A DNA stretch of 64,000 nucleotides from Steroidobacteraceae bacterium (GCA_035314705.1 DATFZF010000047.1:20245-84244); one strand, 5' to 3'; counted from the first letter of the stretch, positions 10,952 to 20,792 are shown. The notes: generated by a model from the sequence alone, not told the origin. Translations and numbers: made by a program.

Positions 10952-12732
10952 CACCGCCCGCGCAAAAAGAGCCGGTCGAGATCGGCGAGCGACAAACGCA
11001 CCCAGGTCGGGCGCCCGTGGTTGCACTGGTCGGCGCGCTCGGTGCCTTCCATTTCACGCAGCAAGGCATTCATTTCCGGCACGCTCAGAGTGCGCTGCGC
11101 GCGCACCGCCGCGTGGCAGGACATGGTGGCGAGCAAGTGATTGATCGACTCCTCAACTCGCCGCGAGTGACCCTGCTCCAATAAATCCGAGAGCACGTCG
11201 CGCACGATGCCCCCCGGATCGCGGCCCATCAGCAAGCTGGGGATGGCCCGCAGCGCCAATTGATCGGGGGCGAGCCGCGACACGCCAAAGCCCAATGCCG
11301 CAAATTCCTGCGCATGCGTCTCGGCCGCCTCGGCTTGTGCCGGAGTCACGTGCAAAATCTCCGGCATCAGCAGTTGCTGCTGCGCCGTCTGTCCCGCCAG
11401 TACTCTCTTCATGCGCTCGTACATCACGCGCTCGTGCGCGGCATGCATGTCCACCAGCACCACGCCGTCCTCGGTTTGCGCCAGGATATACACGCCATGC
11501 AGCTGGGCGATCGCATACCCCAATGGCGCTCCCGCACTCTCGGCCGCGCCCTCGTTCACGCCCGCCGCAGCGCTCATGCTTGCGCGCGAGATCAGTCCGC
11601 GGTAAGCATCCTCGCCGCGCGGCGCCCGTCCCTCCGGCAGCACGAAGCGCGCCTGGTTGGGTTCGATGGCGTGGCGCAGTCCGGCGCTGCCGGTCAGCCA
11701 ATCGAGCGGCGCGCTGCCGGCCGACTCGGCGCTGGGACGCGTGTCGGCCAGCACCCGCTCGAGCGTGCGGAACACGAAGTCATGAATGCGCCGCGAATCG
11801 CGAAATCGTACTTCGAGTTTCTGCGGGTGCGCGTTGACGTCGACCTGGGTCGGATCCATGTTCAAGTACAGCAGGTAGGCGCAGAACCTGCCGTGGAACA
11901 GCACGTCTTGATAGGCAAGACGCGCGGCGCCCGCCAGCAGCTTATCGCGCACGAAACGGCCGTTGAGAAAGGCGAATTGCAGATCCGCCTGGCTGCGCGA
12001 GAACGTCGGCAGCGCCAGCCAACCCGACAATCGCAGGCTCTCGGTGTCGTGCCGCAATTCAATGACGTGGGCGGCGAAGTCCTCGCCGCATAATTTCGCC
12101 ACGCGCGCCAAGCGCTCCGCCGGGCCTTCGGCCGCCGGCAGGGTCCACACCGTCTTGCCGTTGTGCGACAGCGTGAAGGCCACGTCGAACCTCGACAAGG
12201 CGAGGCGCTCCAGCATGCGCACGATATGCTGATATTCCGTGCCCTCGGTGCGCAGGAATTTGCGCCGCGCTGGCACATTGAAGAATAGATCGCGCACCTC
12301 GACGCTGGTGCCGGGCGGATGCGATGCGGGCGCCGGGGCTGCGAGTTCGCCATCGCGAGCCTCGAGTATCCAGGCATGCGCGGCCGTCGCCGTGCGCGAA
12401 ACCAGCGACAAGCGCGCAACGGAAGCGATGCTGGGCAGCGCCTCGCCGCGAAATCCCAGTGTCGCCACGCTTTCAAGATCGTCCAGCGAGGCGATTTTGC
12501 TGGTGGCATGCCGCGCCAGCGCGAGCGCGATTTCGTCCGGTTCGATGCCGCAGCCATTGTCGCGGACGCGGATCAAGCCCAAGCCGCCGCGCTCCAGTTC
12601 GACCTCGATGCGCGTGGCGCGCGCGTCGAGAGCGTTCTCCACCAATTCTTTCACCACGGACGCCGGCCGCTCGATCACCTCGCCGGCGGCGATTTGACTG
12701 ATGAGCGCATCGGACAGGAGCAATATGGGCAA
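10951..12732 (-). CDS. mutL: DNA mismatch repair endonuclease MutL
   Basis: LSDALISQIAAGEVIERPASVVKELVENALDA. I place the start at TTG 12732 (giving MPILLLSD..., GAGG 6 nt upstream) rather than the track start at 12819. Confidence 0.93.
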   Translation of the reverse strand: MPILLLSDALISQIAAGEVIERPASVVKELVENALDARATRIEVELERGGLGLIRVRDNGCGIEPDEIALALARHATSKIASLDDLESVATLGFRGEALPSIASVARLSLVSRTATAAHAWILEARDGELAAPAPASHPPGTSVEVRDLFFNVPARRKFLRTEGTEYQHIVRMLERLALSRFDVAFTLSHNGKTVWTLPAAEGPAERLARVAKLCGEDFAAHVIELRHDTESLRLSGWLALPTFSRSQADLQFAFLNGRFVRDKLLAGAARLAYQDVLFHGRFCAYLLYLNMDPTQVDVNAHPQKLEVRFRDSRRIHDFVFRTLERVLADTRPSAESAGSAPLDWLTGSAGLRHAIEPNQARFVLPEGRAPRGEDAYRGLISRASMSAAAGVNEGAAESAGAPLGYAIAQLHGVYILAQTEDGVVLVDMHAAHERVMYERMKRVLAGQTAQQQLLMPEILHVTPAQAEAAETHAQEFAALGFGVSRLAPDQLALRAIPSLLMGRDPGGIVRDVLSDLLEQGHSRRVEESINHLLATMSCHAAVRAQRTLSVPEMNALLREMEGTERADQCNHGRPTWVRLSLADLDRLFLRGR

Positions 12733-12849
12733 GAGCGACCTCGTGGGGCGCAGTTTCGCACAGCCCGACTGCCGCGGGGTGAGCTCGCGCGGCGAGCCCG
12801 CGGGGCGACCGCGGATCATTCCTAGGCGCTGGGCGTGTCGAGACTTAGC

Positions 12850-14058
12850 TCAGGCGCCCGGGTCGCCGGCCGCCGGACTCGGGCGCGGCGCGCTGCCGTT
12901 CGCGAGTTGCCCGATCCGCGTGCCCGCCGGCGGATTGGCATAAAAATAATCATGCACCCCTTGATGGATGGCGGCGGCGAGCTTGGCCTGATGCGGCTGC
13001 GCGCGCAGCCGCTGCTCTTCTTGGGGATTCGAAATATAAGCGGTCTCGACCAGCATCGACGGGATGTCCGGGGATTTCAGCACCATGAAGCGCGCTTGCT
13101 GCACCAGCGGCTTGCGAACTTCGCCGACCCGATTCAATTGATGCAGCACGCGCTCCGCCGCAACCTGGCTGGCGCTCAAAGAGGCCGATTGCGACAGGTC
13201 CAGCAGCACCGAGGCAAGCACGTCGTCCTTGTCGTCCAGCGACACGCCGCCGATCAGGTCGGACGCGTTTTCGCGCTCAGCCAGCCAGCGCGACGCTTCG
13301 TCGGTGGCGCCGCGCTGCGAGAGGATGTACACCGATGAACCGTCGACGCGGCGGTCGCGAATCGCGTCGGCGTGAATGGACACGAACAAGTCCGCACTCT
13401 GCGCGCGGGCGCGGCGCATCCGGTCGCGCAGGGGCACGAAATAATCGCCGTTGCGGGTGAGCACGGCCTTCATTCCCGGCTCCGCATTGATCTGCAGCGC
13501 CAGCTCCCGGGCGATGGCGAGTACCACATCCTTTTCACGGGTCCCATTCTTGCCGATGGCGCCGGGGTCCTCGCCGCCGTGCCCGGCGTCGATGGCAATG
13601 ACGAGGTCACGCGCATTCGGCGGCGCATGCTCCGCCTTGACCGGGGTCTCGACGCCCTGATTCAAACCCAGGTCGATGACCAATCGATACCCATAGCGGT
13701 CATTGGGCGCCGCCAGGAAACTTTTCGCTTGGATGGGCCTGGATAAGTCGAGAACAATGCGCAACTCCCCCGAGGGACGGCGCGCCATGCGGACCAGCCT
13801 CACGGCCCCGGCGCCGGCCGGTGCGGCGCGCGCCCCGCTCGCCAGCCGCGCGCCCGCAACATCGAGCACGACGCGGTCCGGATTCTTGAGAACCTGCAAA
13901 CTGTGTTGCGCGCTACCCGATAGATCCAGCACCACCCGGGTGCTGTCCGGGCCCGCCCACAACCGCACACCCCGCACGTCGACCGCATGTGCCGGCGCCA
14001 ACAGCGCCGTCAGCAGCAAAGTTGCGCACACGATCCGCGTCGTCACCCAGGATGTCAT
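12850..14058 (-). CDS. amiB: N-acetylmuramoyl-L-alanine amidase (AMIN domain + Amidase_3)
   Basis: Signal peptide, AMIN-like VRGVRLWAGPDSTRVVLDLS, catalytic region FVSIHADA. The symbol is assigned from tsaE-amiB-mutL synteny. Confidence 0.88.
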   Translation of the reverse strand: MTSWVTTRIVCATLLLTALLAPAHAVDVRGVRLWAGPDSTRVVLDLSGSAQHSLQVLKNPDRVVLDVAGARLASGARAAPAGAGAVRLVRMARRPSGELRIVLDLSRPIQAKSFLAAPNDRYGYRLVIDLGLNQGVETPVKAEHAPPNARDLVIAIDAGHGGEDPGAIGKNGTREKDVVLAIARELALQINAEPGMKAVLTRNGDYFVPLRDRMRRARAQSADLFVSIHADAIRDRRVDGSSVYILSQRGATDEASRWLAERENASDLIGGVSLDDKDDVLASVLLDLSQSASLSASQVAAERVLHQLNRVGEVRKPLVQQARFMVLKSPDIPSMLVETAYISNPQEEQRLRAQPHQAKLAAAIHQGVHDYFYANPPAGTRIGQLANGSAPRPSPAAGDPGA

Positions 14059-14060
14059 AG

Positions 14061-14077
14061 AGCGTTAAGTTAACGCT
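14061..14077. repeat. perfect 8+1+8 palindrome AGCGTTAA-G-TTAACGCT, 3 nt upstream of the amiB start, inside an AT-rich patch
   Basis: Read directly from the sequence. It lies in a ~75-bp AT-rich island (14060..14135) that also holds two CTTAAGC copies (14076 and 14118). Confidence 0.8.
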
Positions 14078-14092
14078 TAAGCAGGGGCTTTT

Positions 14093-14614
14093 TCAAGTTA
14101 AATTAGATACATAGAAACTTAAGCTAGTGTCATGTCCCAGGTTATGGAGCCACTCCGTCCCGAGCGGCGTTAAGGGTTGGAGCCGCGCCTGCCGGCCATC
14201 GCCCGCGTATTGGAGGGTCAAATCCACATCGGCGGGCGGCACGGCGACCCCGCCTCTCTCGGGCCATTCCACCAATAATAGGCACCCCGGCCCCATCAGA
14301 TCCCGCAGGCCCAGCTCATCGACCTCGGTCAAGGAGCGCAGGCGATACAGGTCCACGTGGACGCAGGTCAGCTCCGCCAGGATGTAGGTCTCGACCAGGG
14401 TGTACGTTGGACTGCGCACCAGCCCCGTGACCCCGAGTGCTCGGAGCAAACTGCGCACGCACGTGGTCTTTCCGGCTCCGAGTTCCCCTTTAAGGTACAG
14501 CACCGCCCCGGCGCCGCCGGCCTCGGCCACCTGGCGCACGACACGCGGCAAGGAACGCGCCAGCGCCTGTCCCAAGGATTCCGTCGCGTCGCTGCCTTCG
14601 AGGTTCAGGTCCAT
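14093..14614 (-). CDS. tsaE: tRNA t6A biosynthesis ATPase TsaE
   Basis: LKGELGAGKTTCVRSLLRALG and SPTYTLVE motifs. The last ~20 codons run into an AT-rich segment. Confidence 0.9.
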   Translation of the reverse strand: MDLNLEGSDATESLGQALARSLPRVVRQVAEAGGAGAVLYLKGELGAGKTTCVRSLLRALGVTGLVRSPTYTLVETYILAELTCVHVDLYRLRSLTEVDELGLRDLMGPGCLLLVEWPERGGVAVPPADVDLTLQYAGDGRQARLQPLTPLGTEWLHNLGHDTSLSFYVSNLT

Positions 14615-14657
14615 CGGGATACCCTACCCGAATGCGCTCATCCAAAGTACGTCGACG

Positions 14658-15596
14658 CTAGTACGAGGTCAACGGCATCTGGGTCTCGGGTGTTACGCCC
14701 GTGTCGGCAATGCCCGCGAACTGAATCGGGACGGATACATCGGCCGTGCCGGCATTTCTGATGACCGCAAAATGCAAATGCGGCCCGGATGAAAATCCGG
14801 TGTTGCCCGAATCGGCGATGTACTGCCCGCGCGCCACATGCGCACCGATTCGCACGCGGATCGAATCCCAGCGCAGATGGGCGTAGAGGCCGATGGTGCC
14901 GTCGTCGTGAAGAATCTCGATGACGTTCGCCTGATCGAACATGACCGGGGCGGTGGCGCCGCGGAAGAAATCGTGGCGCGCATTGATCACCGTGCCCTCG
15001 CGCGCTGCGTACACGGGCGTCCCGTCCGGCAGGGCGATGTCCACCGCGTACTGACTGTCGGGGGTGGTATGCGTGATTTGGCTGGGGTAGGCCTGCGATA
15101 CCACATAGCTCGAACCGACATCGAAGGGCACGCGATACGGGCGCGAAGGCTTGTGCACGGCGTCCGGTGATCCCAGGGCGGCCCTCCAAACGTAGCGCAG
15201 GCCTGCTTTCGTTGAGCCCGTGTCCGCCTGAGCCATGATCTGCCGGGTGCCGGGCGGGAGCGTCGCCCGGTAGCCGGTGCCGTTGGGAATCGCGGCAATG
15301 TCGGACTGCTGGATCGCGATCTCAAAAGTGACGACGCACAGGCAATCATTGACGGCGATGAGCTGCGTCGATCCGCCGGCGTCGCTGCGATCAACGGACA
15401 GGTGCAGCGCGTCGTTCTCGTGCCCGACACTGAAGGAGTCGCTGCGCGCGGCCGCGGCAGGCGCCTGATCGGTGAAAACCCATTGTCCGCTGGAATCGCG
15501 ATATTTATAGGCCGTTTGCGCCGGCAGGGTCGCGCTCGACAGGGCGAGCGCCAGCGCGATCAGCTCGGCCCAAGCGCCGCGGCTCAACTCTCGCAC
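14658..15596 (-). CDS. M23 family metallopeptidase with N-terminal DUF4124-like domain
   Basis: N-terminal AYKYRDSSGQWVFTDQAP (DUF4124-like). C-terminal AVDIALPDGTPVYAAREGTV...GNTGFSSGPHLHFAV (M23 motifs). Confidence 0.85.
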   Translation of the reverse strand: MRELSRGAWAELIALALALSSATLPAQTAYKYRDSSGQWVFTDQAPAAAARSDSFSVGHENDALHLSVDRSDAGGSTQLIAVNDCLCVVTFEIAIQQSDIAAIPNGTGYRATLPPGTRQIMAQADTGSTKAGLRYVWRAALGSPDAVHKPSRPYRVPFDVGSSYVVSQAYPSQITHTTPDSQYAVDIALPDGTPVYAAREGTVINARHDFFRGATAPVMFDQANVIEILHDDGTIGLYAHLRWDSIRVRIGAHVARGQYIADSGNTGFSSGPHLHFAVIRNAGTADVSVPIQFAGIADTGVTPETQMPLTSY

Positions 15597-16066
15597 GCCG
15601 TGGTCATCGCTTGGCGGGCTTCTTCCTTTTTCGCGTCGCCGTCCTGATCCGATAAATAGACCCGGTTGCCGTCGGCATCCCGCTCGTAGACCCGCCGCGC
15701 ATCCTTCAGCGAATAGTAGTGATTGCGCGCATTCTCGCAGCGCACCTGTGCGTTGTGGTCGGCTTGCGCCTTCTTCGCGTCGTCGCTGGATTGCTGCCGG
15801 TTTCGCTGGATCTCCTCGGCCTTCAGGATTGCCTGCTCCTTGGCGATCCGTGCAGCCTCGGTCGGATTGGGCGGATCGGTCTTGACCAAAGATTTCTGCG
15901 CGGTCGACGTGTCGGCCCGGTCCGAATACACCACGTGCCCCTGGGCATCGACCGATTTGTAGACTTCATTGGCCCGCGGCGGGCCGGCCGCACACAGCAT
16001 GAGAGCGAGCGCCGCGAGAACAGCGCTGCGCTCTGCAACCTCTGGAGTCATCCTTGAATATCGCAC
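15584..16066 (-). CDS. DUF4124 domain protein (secreted, charged coiled C-terminus)
   Basis: Signal-like N-terminus, EVYKSVDAQGHVVYSDRAD motif; 13-nt overlap with the M23 gene. Start may be the internal Met at 16051. Confidence 0.7.
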   Translation of the reverse strand: MRYSRMTPEVAERSAVLAALALMLCAAGPPRANEVYKSVDAQGHVVYSDRADTSTAQKSLVKTDPPNPTEAARIAKEQAILKAEEIQRNRQQSSDDAKKAQADHNAQVRCENARNHYYSLKDARRVYERDADGNRVYLSDQDGDAKKEEARQAMTTACES

Positions 16067-16172
16067 ACGGGCCTCCGGTACCGCAGCAATCTACTGCGGC
16101 ACGGCGCGCCATGGCGGCGATTTTCGTCACAAAACGGTACTGCGAGGCGCATCGGCCCTGTAGCCTTCCTGC

Positions 16173-17276
16173 ATGGATCCCGGGACCTCCCCCGCCGCCG
16201 CATTCGACCCCCCGGCCCTGTTGGCCGAGGTGCGGCGTTGGGGCGCGGAGCTCGGCTTTGCGCGGCTCGGGGTCGCCTGCATCGATTTGGCGGCCGACGA
16301 GGCGCATTTTCTGGACTGGTTGCGGGCCGGGTTCAATGGCGAGATGGCCTACATGTCGCGCCATGGGGTCAAGCGCAGCCGCCCGGCGCAGCTGCTGCCC
16401 GGAACGGTGAGCTGCATCAGCGTGCGGATGGATTATTGGCCCGAGGATGCGGCCGACGCCGCGGCCACCCTGGCCGACTCAGGCGCGGCGTATGTGTCGC
16501 GCTACGCGCTCGGACGCGATTATCACAAGGTCCTGCGCACGCGGCTGCAGCAGCTGTGCGACCGCATCGCGCGCGCGGTGGGTCCATTCGGTTATCGAGT
16601 CTTCACCGACAGCGCGCCGGTGTTGGAGAAGGCTTTGGCGCGCAACGCGGGCTTGGGCTGGATCGGCAAACACACCAATCTGATCGATCGCGATGCCGGC
16701 TCGTATTTCTTCCTGGGGGAGATTTACCTGGATCTGGAGCTGCCCACCGAGCCGGCGGCGAGCAGCGCTCACTGCGGCAGCTGCAGCGCCTGCATGCCCG
16801 CCTGCCCCACCGGCGCCATCGTGGCTCCGTATCGGCTCGACGCGCGCCGCTGTATTTCCTATCTCACCATCGAGCTGGCCGGAGCGATTCCCATCGAGTT
16901 TCGCCGCGCCATCGGCAATCGCATCTACGGCTGCGATGACTGCCAATTGGTGTGCCCGTGGAACAAGTTTGCACGTCCGACCGGCGAGGCGGACTTCGCC
17001 GTGCGTCACGGCCTGGACCGCGCGCGGCTGGTCGAGCTTTTTTCCTGGAGCGAAGCGCAATTTTTGGAACGCACGCGGGGCAGCGCGATCCGCCGCATCG
17101 GTTACGAGCGCTGGCTGCGCAACATCGCCGTCGCACTCGGCAATGCCCCGGCCTCGCCCGCGCTGATCGAGTCGCTGCAGAGCCGCGCGCAGCACCCCTC
17201 GCCCCTGGTACGCGAACACGTGCGCTGGGCGCTGGCGCAGCACCGCTCAGAACCGGTCGATGATCCTCACCCGTAA
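16173..17276 (+). CDS. queG: tRNA epoxyqueuosine(34) reductase
   Basis: 4Fe-4S motifs HCGSCSACMPACPTGA and CDDCQLVCPWN; 367 aa. Confidence 0.93.
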   Translation: MDPGTSPAAAFDPPALLAEVRRWGAELGFARLGVACIDLAADEAHFLDWLRAGFNGEMAYMSRHGVKRSRPAQLLPGTVSCISVRMDYWPEDAADAAATLADSGAAYVSRYALGRDYHKVLRTRLQQLCDRIARAVGPFGYRVFTDSAPVLEKALARNAGLGWIGKHTNLIDRDAGSYFFLGEIYLDLELPTEPAASSAHCGSCSACMPACPTGAIVAPYRLDARRCISYLTIELAGAIPIEFRRAIGNRIYGCDDCQLVCPWNKFARPTGEADFAVRHGLDRARLVELFSWSEAQFLERTRGSAIRRIGYERWLRNIAVALGNAPASPALIESLQSRAQHPSPLVREHVRWALAQHRSEPVDDPHP

Positions 17277-18083
17277 GTTGTCCATCAAGCGGTGGTCGTT
17301 CAAGTGCGCGGCTGCCAGAATCACCAGATCCCGAGCACCGCTGCGCGCCGGCCCCAGATCCGCGGCCTGACGGATCGCGAAGTATTCGGGCCTGAAGCCG
17401 CTCGCCGCGAGCGCCTGCATCCCCTGCCGCTGCAACCCTTGATAGTCGCGCTCGCCCGCGTCCATTTTTGCCGCGAACTCGCCCAAGGTGGCATACAGCC
17501 GCGCCGCCAGGGCGCGCTCCTCCGCCGACAGGTGCCGGTTGGCCGTGGCGACCGCGAGTCCATCGCCGTCCCGCCAGGTGGCGCAGCCGACGATTTCAAC
17601 CGACAAGAAAAGATCGTCGACCAGACGCCGCACCATCACCAGCTGCTGAAAATCCCGCTCGCCGAACAGCGCAATGTCCGGTTGGATGAGATTGAACAAT
17701 TTGGCGATGACGGTCGCCACCTCGCTGAAATGTCCCGGTCGGTACGCCCCCTCCAGAATGTCGGCCAGCGCCGGGACGCTCACCGCCGCCGCCGCTTCCT
17801 TGCCGACCGGGAAAATCTCCTGCAACGGCGGCACGAAGGCCACGGTCGCGCCGATTTTCTGCAGCAGCTCGCGGTCGGCCTCGAGAGTGGACGCGTGGCG
17901 CTCCCGCGGCGGGGCAAAGATGCTGACGATGACGTGCTCGGCCCGCTCCTGCGCCTCCGCAACCAAGCTCATATGCCCCTTGTGCAGGGACCCCGTGGTG
18001 GGCACCAGCGCGACGCGCTTGCCGGCGGCGCGCCAGTTGCGGATCCGGTCGCGTACCGAGGCGCTGCGGGTGAGAAATTCCAT
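17247..18083 (-). CDS. panC: pantoate--beta-alanine ligase
   Basis: VALVPTTGSLHKGHMSLV (HxGH); 278 aa; 30-nt convergent overlap with queG. Confidence 0.93.
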   Translation of the reverse strand: MEFLTRSASVRDRIRNWRAAGKRVALVPTTGSLHKGHMSLVAEAQERAEHVIVSIFAPPRERHASTLEADRELLQKIGATVAFVPPLQEIFPVGKEAAAAVSVPALADILEGAYRPGHFSEVATVIAKLFNLIQPDIALFGERDFQQLVMVRRLVDDLFLSVEIVGCATWRDGDGLAVATANRHLSAEERALAARLYATLGEFAAKMDAGERDYQGLQRQGMQALAASGFRPEYFAIRQAADLGPARSGARDLVILAAAHLNDHRLMDNLRVRIIDRF

Positions 18084-18119
18084 GCCCCACTCGTCGGCAG
18101 CTGCGGCGGGACCTTTAGC

Positions 18120-18785
18120 TCAAGGAGCGGGCAGCAGGCTGCTGCCGGCGGGATTGAAGAAATGGCGGCCGCGCCGCGTCTTGCAGATCTCGGTGAACAG
18201 CTGCCGATAGTCGGCCTCGTTGTTCACCGGATCGATCGCCGCGGAATTCACGATCAGCAGCGGTGAGGCGTCATAGCTGTGAAACAGCCGCGCATAGGCG
18301 TGATTGAGCTTGTCGAGATAACTGCGTTCGATGTGCTGCTCATAGCGTATGCCGCGCTTGGCAATGCGATCCACCAGCACATCGACGGGCGCCTGCAGGT
18401 ACACGACGAGATCCGGCTTCGGTGCATCGACCACCACTCGTTCGTAGACCTTTTCGTAGAGTGCGTACTCGGCATCGTCGAGAGTCACGCGCGCAAACAG
18501 GCGATCCTTGTCCAGCAGGTAATCCGCCACCCGCACCGCACCGAACAAATCCTGCTGCCTGACCTCCTCCAATTGCCTCGAGCGCTGGAAGAGAAAGAAC
18601 AATTGCGTTTGAAAGGCCGCCGCCCGCGGGTTCTTGTAGAAACGCTCGAGAAAAGGATTCTGATCCGCCTGTTCCAGGACGAGCTGGCCGCCCAACGACT
18701 GGCTCAAACGACGCGCCAGACTGGTCTTACCGACGCCGATCGGACCTTCGATGACAATGAATCGATGCGGTATTGCGCTCGCCAT
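18120..18785 (-). CDS. deoxynucleoside kinase
   Basis: MASAIPHRFIVIEGPIGVGKTSLARRL P-loop, FLERFY, 221 aa. ATG at 18785. The track ORF (to 19445) is an artefactual extension across folK in another frame. Confidence 0.85.
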   Translation of the reverse strand: MASAIPHRFIVIEGPIGVGKTSLARRLSQSLGGQLVLEQADQNPFLERFYKNPRAAAFQTQLFFLFQRSRQLEEVRQQDLFGAVRVADYLLDKDRLFARVTLDDAEYALYEKVYERVVVDAPKPDLVVYLQAPVDVLVDRIAKRGIRYEQHIERSYLDKLNHAYARLFHSYDASPLLIVNSAAIDPVNNEADYRQLFTEICKTRRGRHFFNPAGSSLLPAP

Positions 18786-18799
18786 TGAAAGTTCTTGTG

Positions 18800-19294
18800 C
18801 TACTCCAGGACCGAGATTCCATCGTCGCCGGCCGCCCGCAACAGATCCAACACGCGGCCGTGTCCCGGAATCGCAAGCGTGGGGGCGATGTCCGCCAAAG
18901 GATACAGGACGAAGTTGCGTGTCGACACTCCGGGGTGCGGCAGCGTCAATCCAGGCTCCTCGATGGTCTCGCCCACCATCCAGATCAAATCCAGATCGAT
19001 CACGCGCGGTCCCCAGCGTTCCTGCCGATGACGGCCCATGGCTTGTTCGATCTGAAGCAAGGCATCCAGCAGCTCGCGCGCGCCCAATTGAGTCAATAAA
19101 CCCGCCGCCGCGTTCACGAAGTTCGGTTGATCCTGCGGTCCCATGGGGCGAGTGCTGTAGAGGCGCGAGCGCAGCACCGAGCGCGTGGCGGGCAGTGTCC
19201 CGAGGCGCTCGAACGCCTCGTCCACCCGTGCTCGCGGAAGATTCAAATTGCTGCCGATCGCCACATACGCGGGCCGCCAGAGCGGAGTCGTCAC
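18800..19294 (-). CDS. folK: 2-amino-4-hydroxy-6-hydroxymethyldihydropteridine pyrophosphokinase
   Basis: AYVAIGSNL...RWGPRVIDLDLI motifs; 164 aa; directly after pcnB. Confidence 0.93.
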   Translation of the reverse strand: MTTPLWRPAYVAIGSNLNLPRARVDEAFERLGTLPATRSVLRSRLYSTRPMGPQDQPNFVNAAAGLLTQLGARELLDALLQIEQAMGRHRQERWGPRVIDLDLIWMVGETIEEPGLTLPHPGVSTRNFVLYPLADIAPTLAIPGHGRVLDLLRAAGDDGISVLE

Positions 19295-20749
19295 TTAGGT
19301 GCGCGCCGCTCCGCCGCGCCGCCTGCGGCGGCGTCGACGGCTCGGAGGCGCGGTGCCCCCGCTGTCCGCGGCAGGCTCCGCGGGGCGCGCCTGCACCAGC
19401 GCCACCCGCTCCTCCTGCGGCAGCACCTGAATGTCGGTCCACCACTGCGCGAGCTCCGGGTCAGCGACGCCGACTTGCGCACGCAGCAGCAGGAAATCGT
19501 ATGCCGCCCGAAAACGCGGATGCTGCAGCAGGCTCAAGGACTTGACGCCGCTGCGGCGGTTGAACCGCGGCTGCAGCATCAATAGCTCCCGCATGGGGAT
19601 GGCAAAACGCCGCGGGATCGCCACGCGCGATTGTTGCGCCCGAAGCACGGTGTCGCAGGCCTGCATGAGCTGCGCGAGATCCGGCGCCGGCCCCGCCTGC
19701 CGCTCGTTGAGTTCGCGCAGCACCGCGCCCCACAGCAGCACGGCAAACAAGAACGTCGGCGTTACCGCCTTGTCCGCCGCGATACGCTCATCCGTGTTGA
19801 TGAGGCCGCGTTCGAGCATATCCTGTGCATACGCGTACGGCGGCAGCGCGAACGCGGCGGCCGACAACGGAAATAAATGCTCGAAAAGCCCGTACTGCTG
19901 CAGCAGCCGATAAGACTTGGCGCCGAAGCCCGACAGGAACAATTTCAGGCACTCATCGAACAGGCGCGCCGGCGGCACGCCGTCCAGCAAGTAGGCGAGT
20001 CTGCCGATGGGTACTTCGGTCAGGGAGTCGATCGAGAAATCGAGCTTGGCCGCGAAACGCACCGCCCGCAGCATGCGCACCGGATCTTCCCGGTAGCGCG
20101 TTTCCGGGTCGCCGATCAATCTCAGGCGCCGCGCCCGCACGTCGGCGACGCCGTCGACGAAGTCCCAAATCGAAAAATCGTCGATGTTGTAATACAGACC
20201 GTTGGCAGTGAAATCACGCCGCCACACGTCTTCTTCGATGGTGCCGTAGATATTGTCGCGCAGGATTCTGCCGCGCTGATCGAAGGCTCGATGCTCGGAA
20301 TCGCTCGGTGCGGTGAACTCCGCCGCCGCGGCTCCCGCGCCCTCCGGCTCGCCGCCACCCTGCGCATCGGCGGCGTCATCGTCCGCGTCGGGATCAGCCT
20401 CCTCGGCATCCTCGCGCTCGGGCGCCGCCGCCGCGCGAAAAGTCGCGACTTCGATGATTTCGTTGCCGAAATGCACGTGCGCCAGGCGAAAGCGCCGACC
20501 GATGAGCCGGCAATTGCGAAACAGCCGCCGCACCTCTTCGGGCAGTGCATTGGTCGCCACGTCGAAATCCTTCGGCGCGACCCCCAAGAGCAAATCGCGG
20601 ACCGCCCCGCCGACCAAAAAGCCCTGATATCCCGCGTCTTTGAGGCGATACAGGACCTTCAAGGCATTGGGCGAAATCGCCGACCGCGATATCGAATGCT
20701 CCGAACGAGGGATCACTAGGGGGGCAATTGGCGTCGACGATGCGTTCAA
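19295..20749 (-). CDS. pcnB: poly(A) polymerase I
   Basis: IPRSEHSISRSAISPNALKVLYRLKDAGYQGFLVGGAVRDLLLG, Arg-rich C-terminal tail. The start is uncertain: the track start at 20902 lies beyond the tRNA gene on the other strand. TTG 20749 is the first plausible in-frame start but has no clear SD. Confidence 0.85.
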   Translation of the reverse strand: MNASSTPIAPLVIPRSEHSISRSAISPNALKVLYRLKDAGYQGFLVGGAVRDLLLGVAPKDFDVATNALPEEVRRLFRNCRLIGRRFRLAHVHFGNEIIEVATFRAAAAPEREDAEEADPDADDDAADAQGGGEPEGAGAAAAEFTAPSDSEHRAFDQRGRILRDNIYGTIEEDVWRRDFTANGLYYNIDDFSIWDFVDGVADVRARRLRLIGDPETRYREDPVRMLRAVRFAAKLDFSIDSLTEVPIGRLAYLLDGVPPARLFDECLKLFLSGFGAKSYRLLQQYGLFEHLFPLSAAAFALPPYAYAQDMLERGLINTDERIAADKAVTPTFLFAVLLWGAVLRELNERQAGPAPDLAQLMQACDTVLRAQQSRVAIPRRFAIPMRELLMLQPRFNRRSGVKSLSLLQHPRFRAAYDFLLLRAQVGVADPELAQWWTDIQVLPQEERVALVQARPAEPAADSGGTAPPSRRRRRRRRGGAART

Positions 20750-20764
20750 AAAAGGGGGTTCCGC

Positions 20765-20792
20765 TTGAGTCCAAAAAATTGGCCCGTATACT
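20765..20792 (+). promoter_or_regulatory. candidate sigma70 promoter for tRNA-Glu
   Basis: TTGAGT (20765..20770), 16-nt spacer, TATACT (20787..20792), GC-rich discriminator, about 20 nt upstream of the tRNA 5-prime end. Confidence 0.4.

Noticed and set aside
18786-19445. N-terminal 220 aa of track ORF 18120..19445
   Set aside because: It overlaps folK and the pcnB tail in another frame and is Arg/Gly-rich. The kinase homology begins at the internal ATG 18785.
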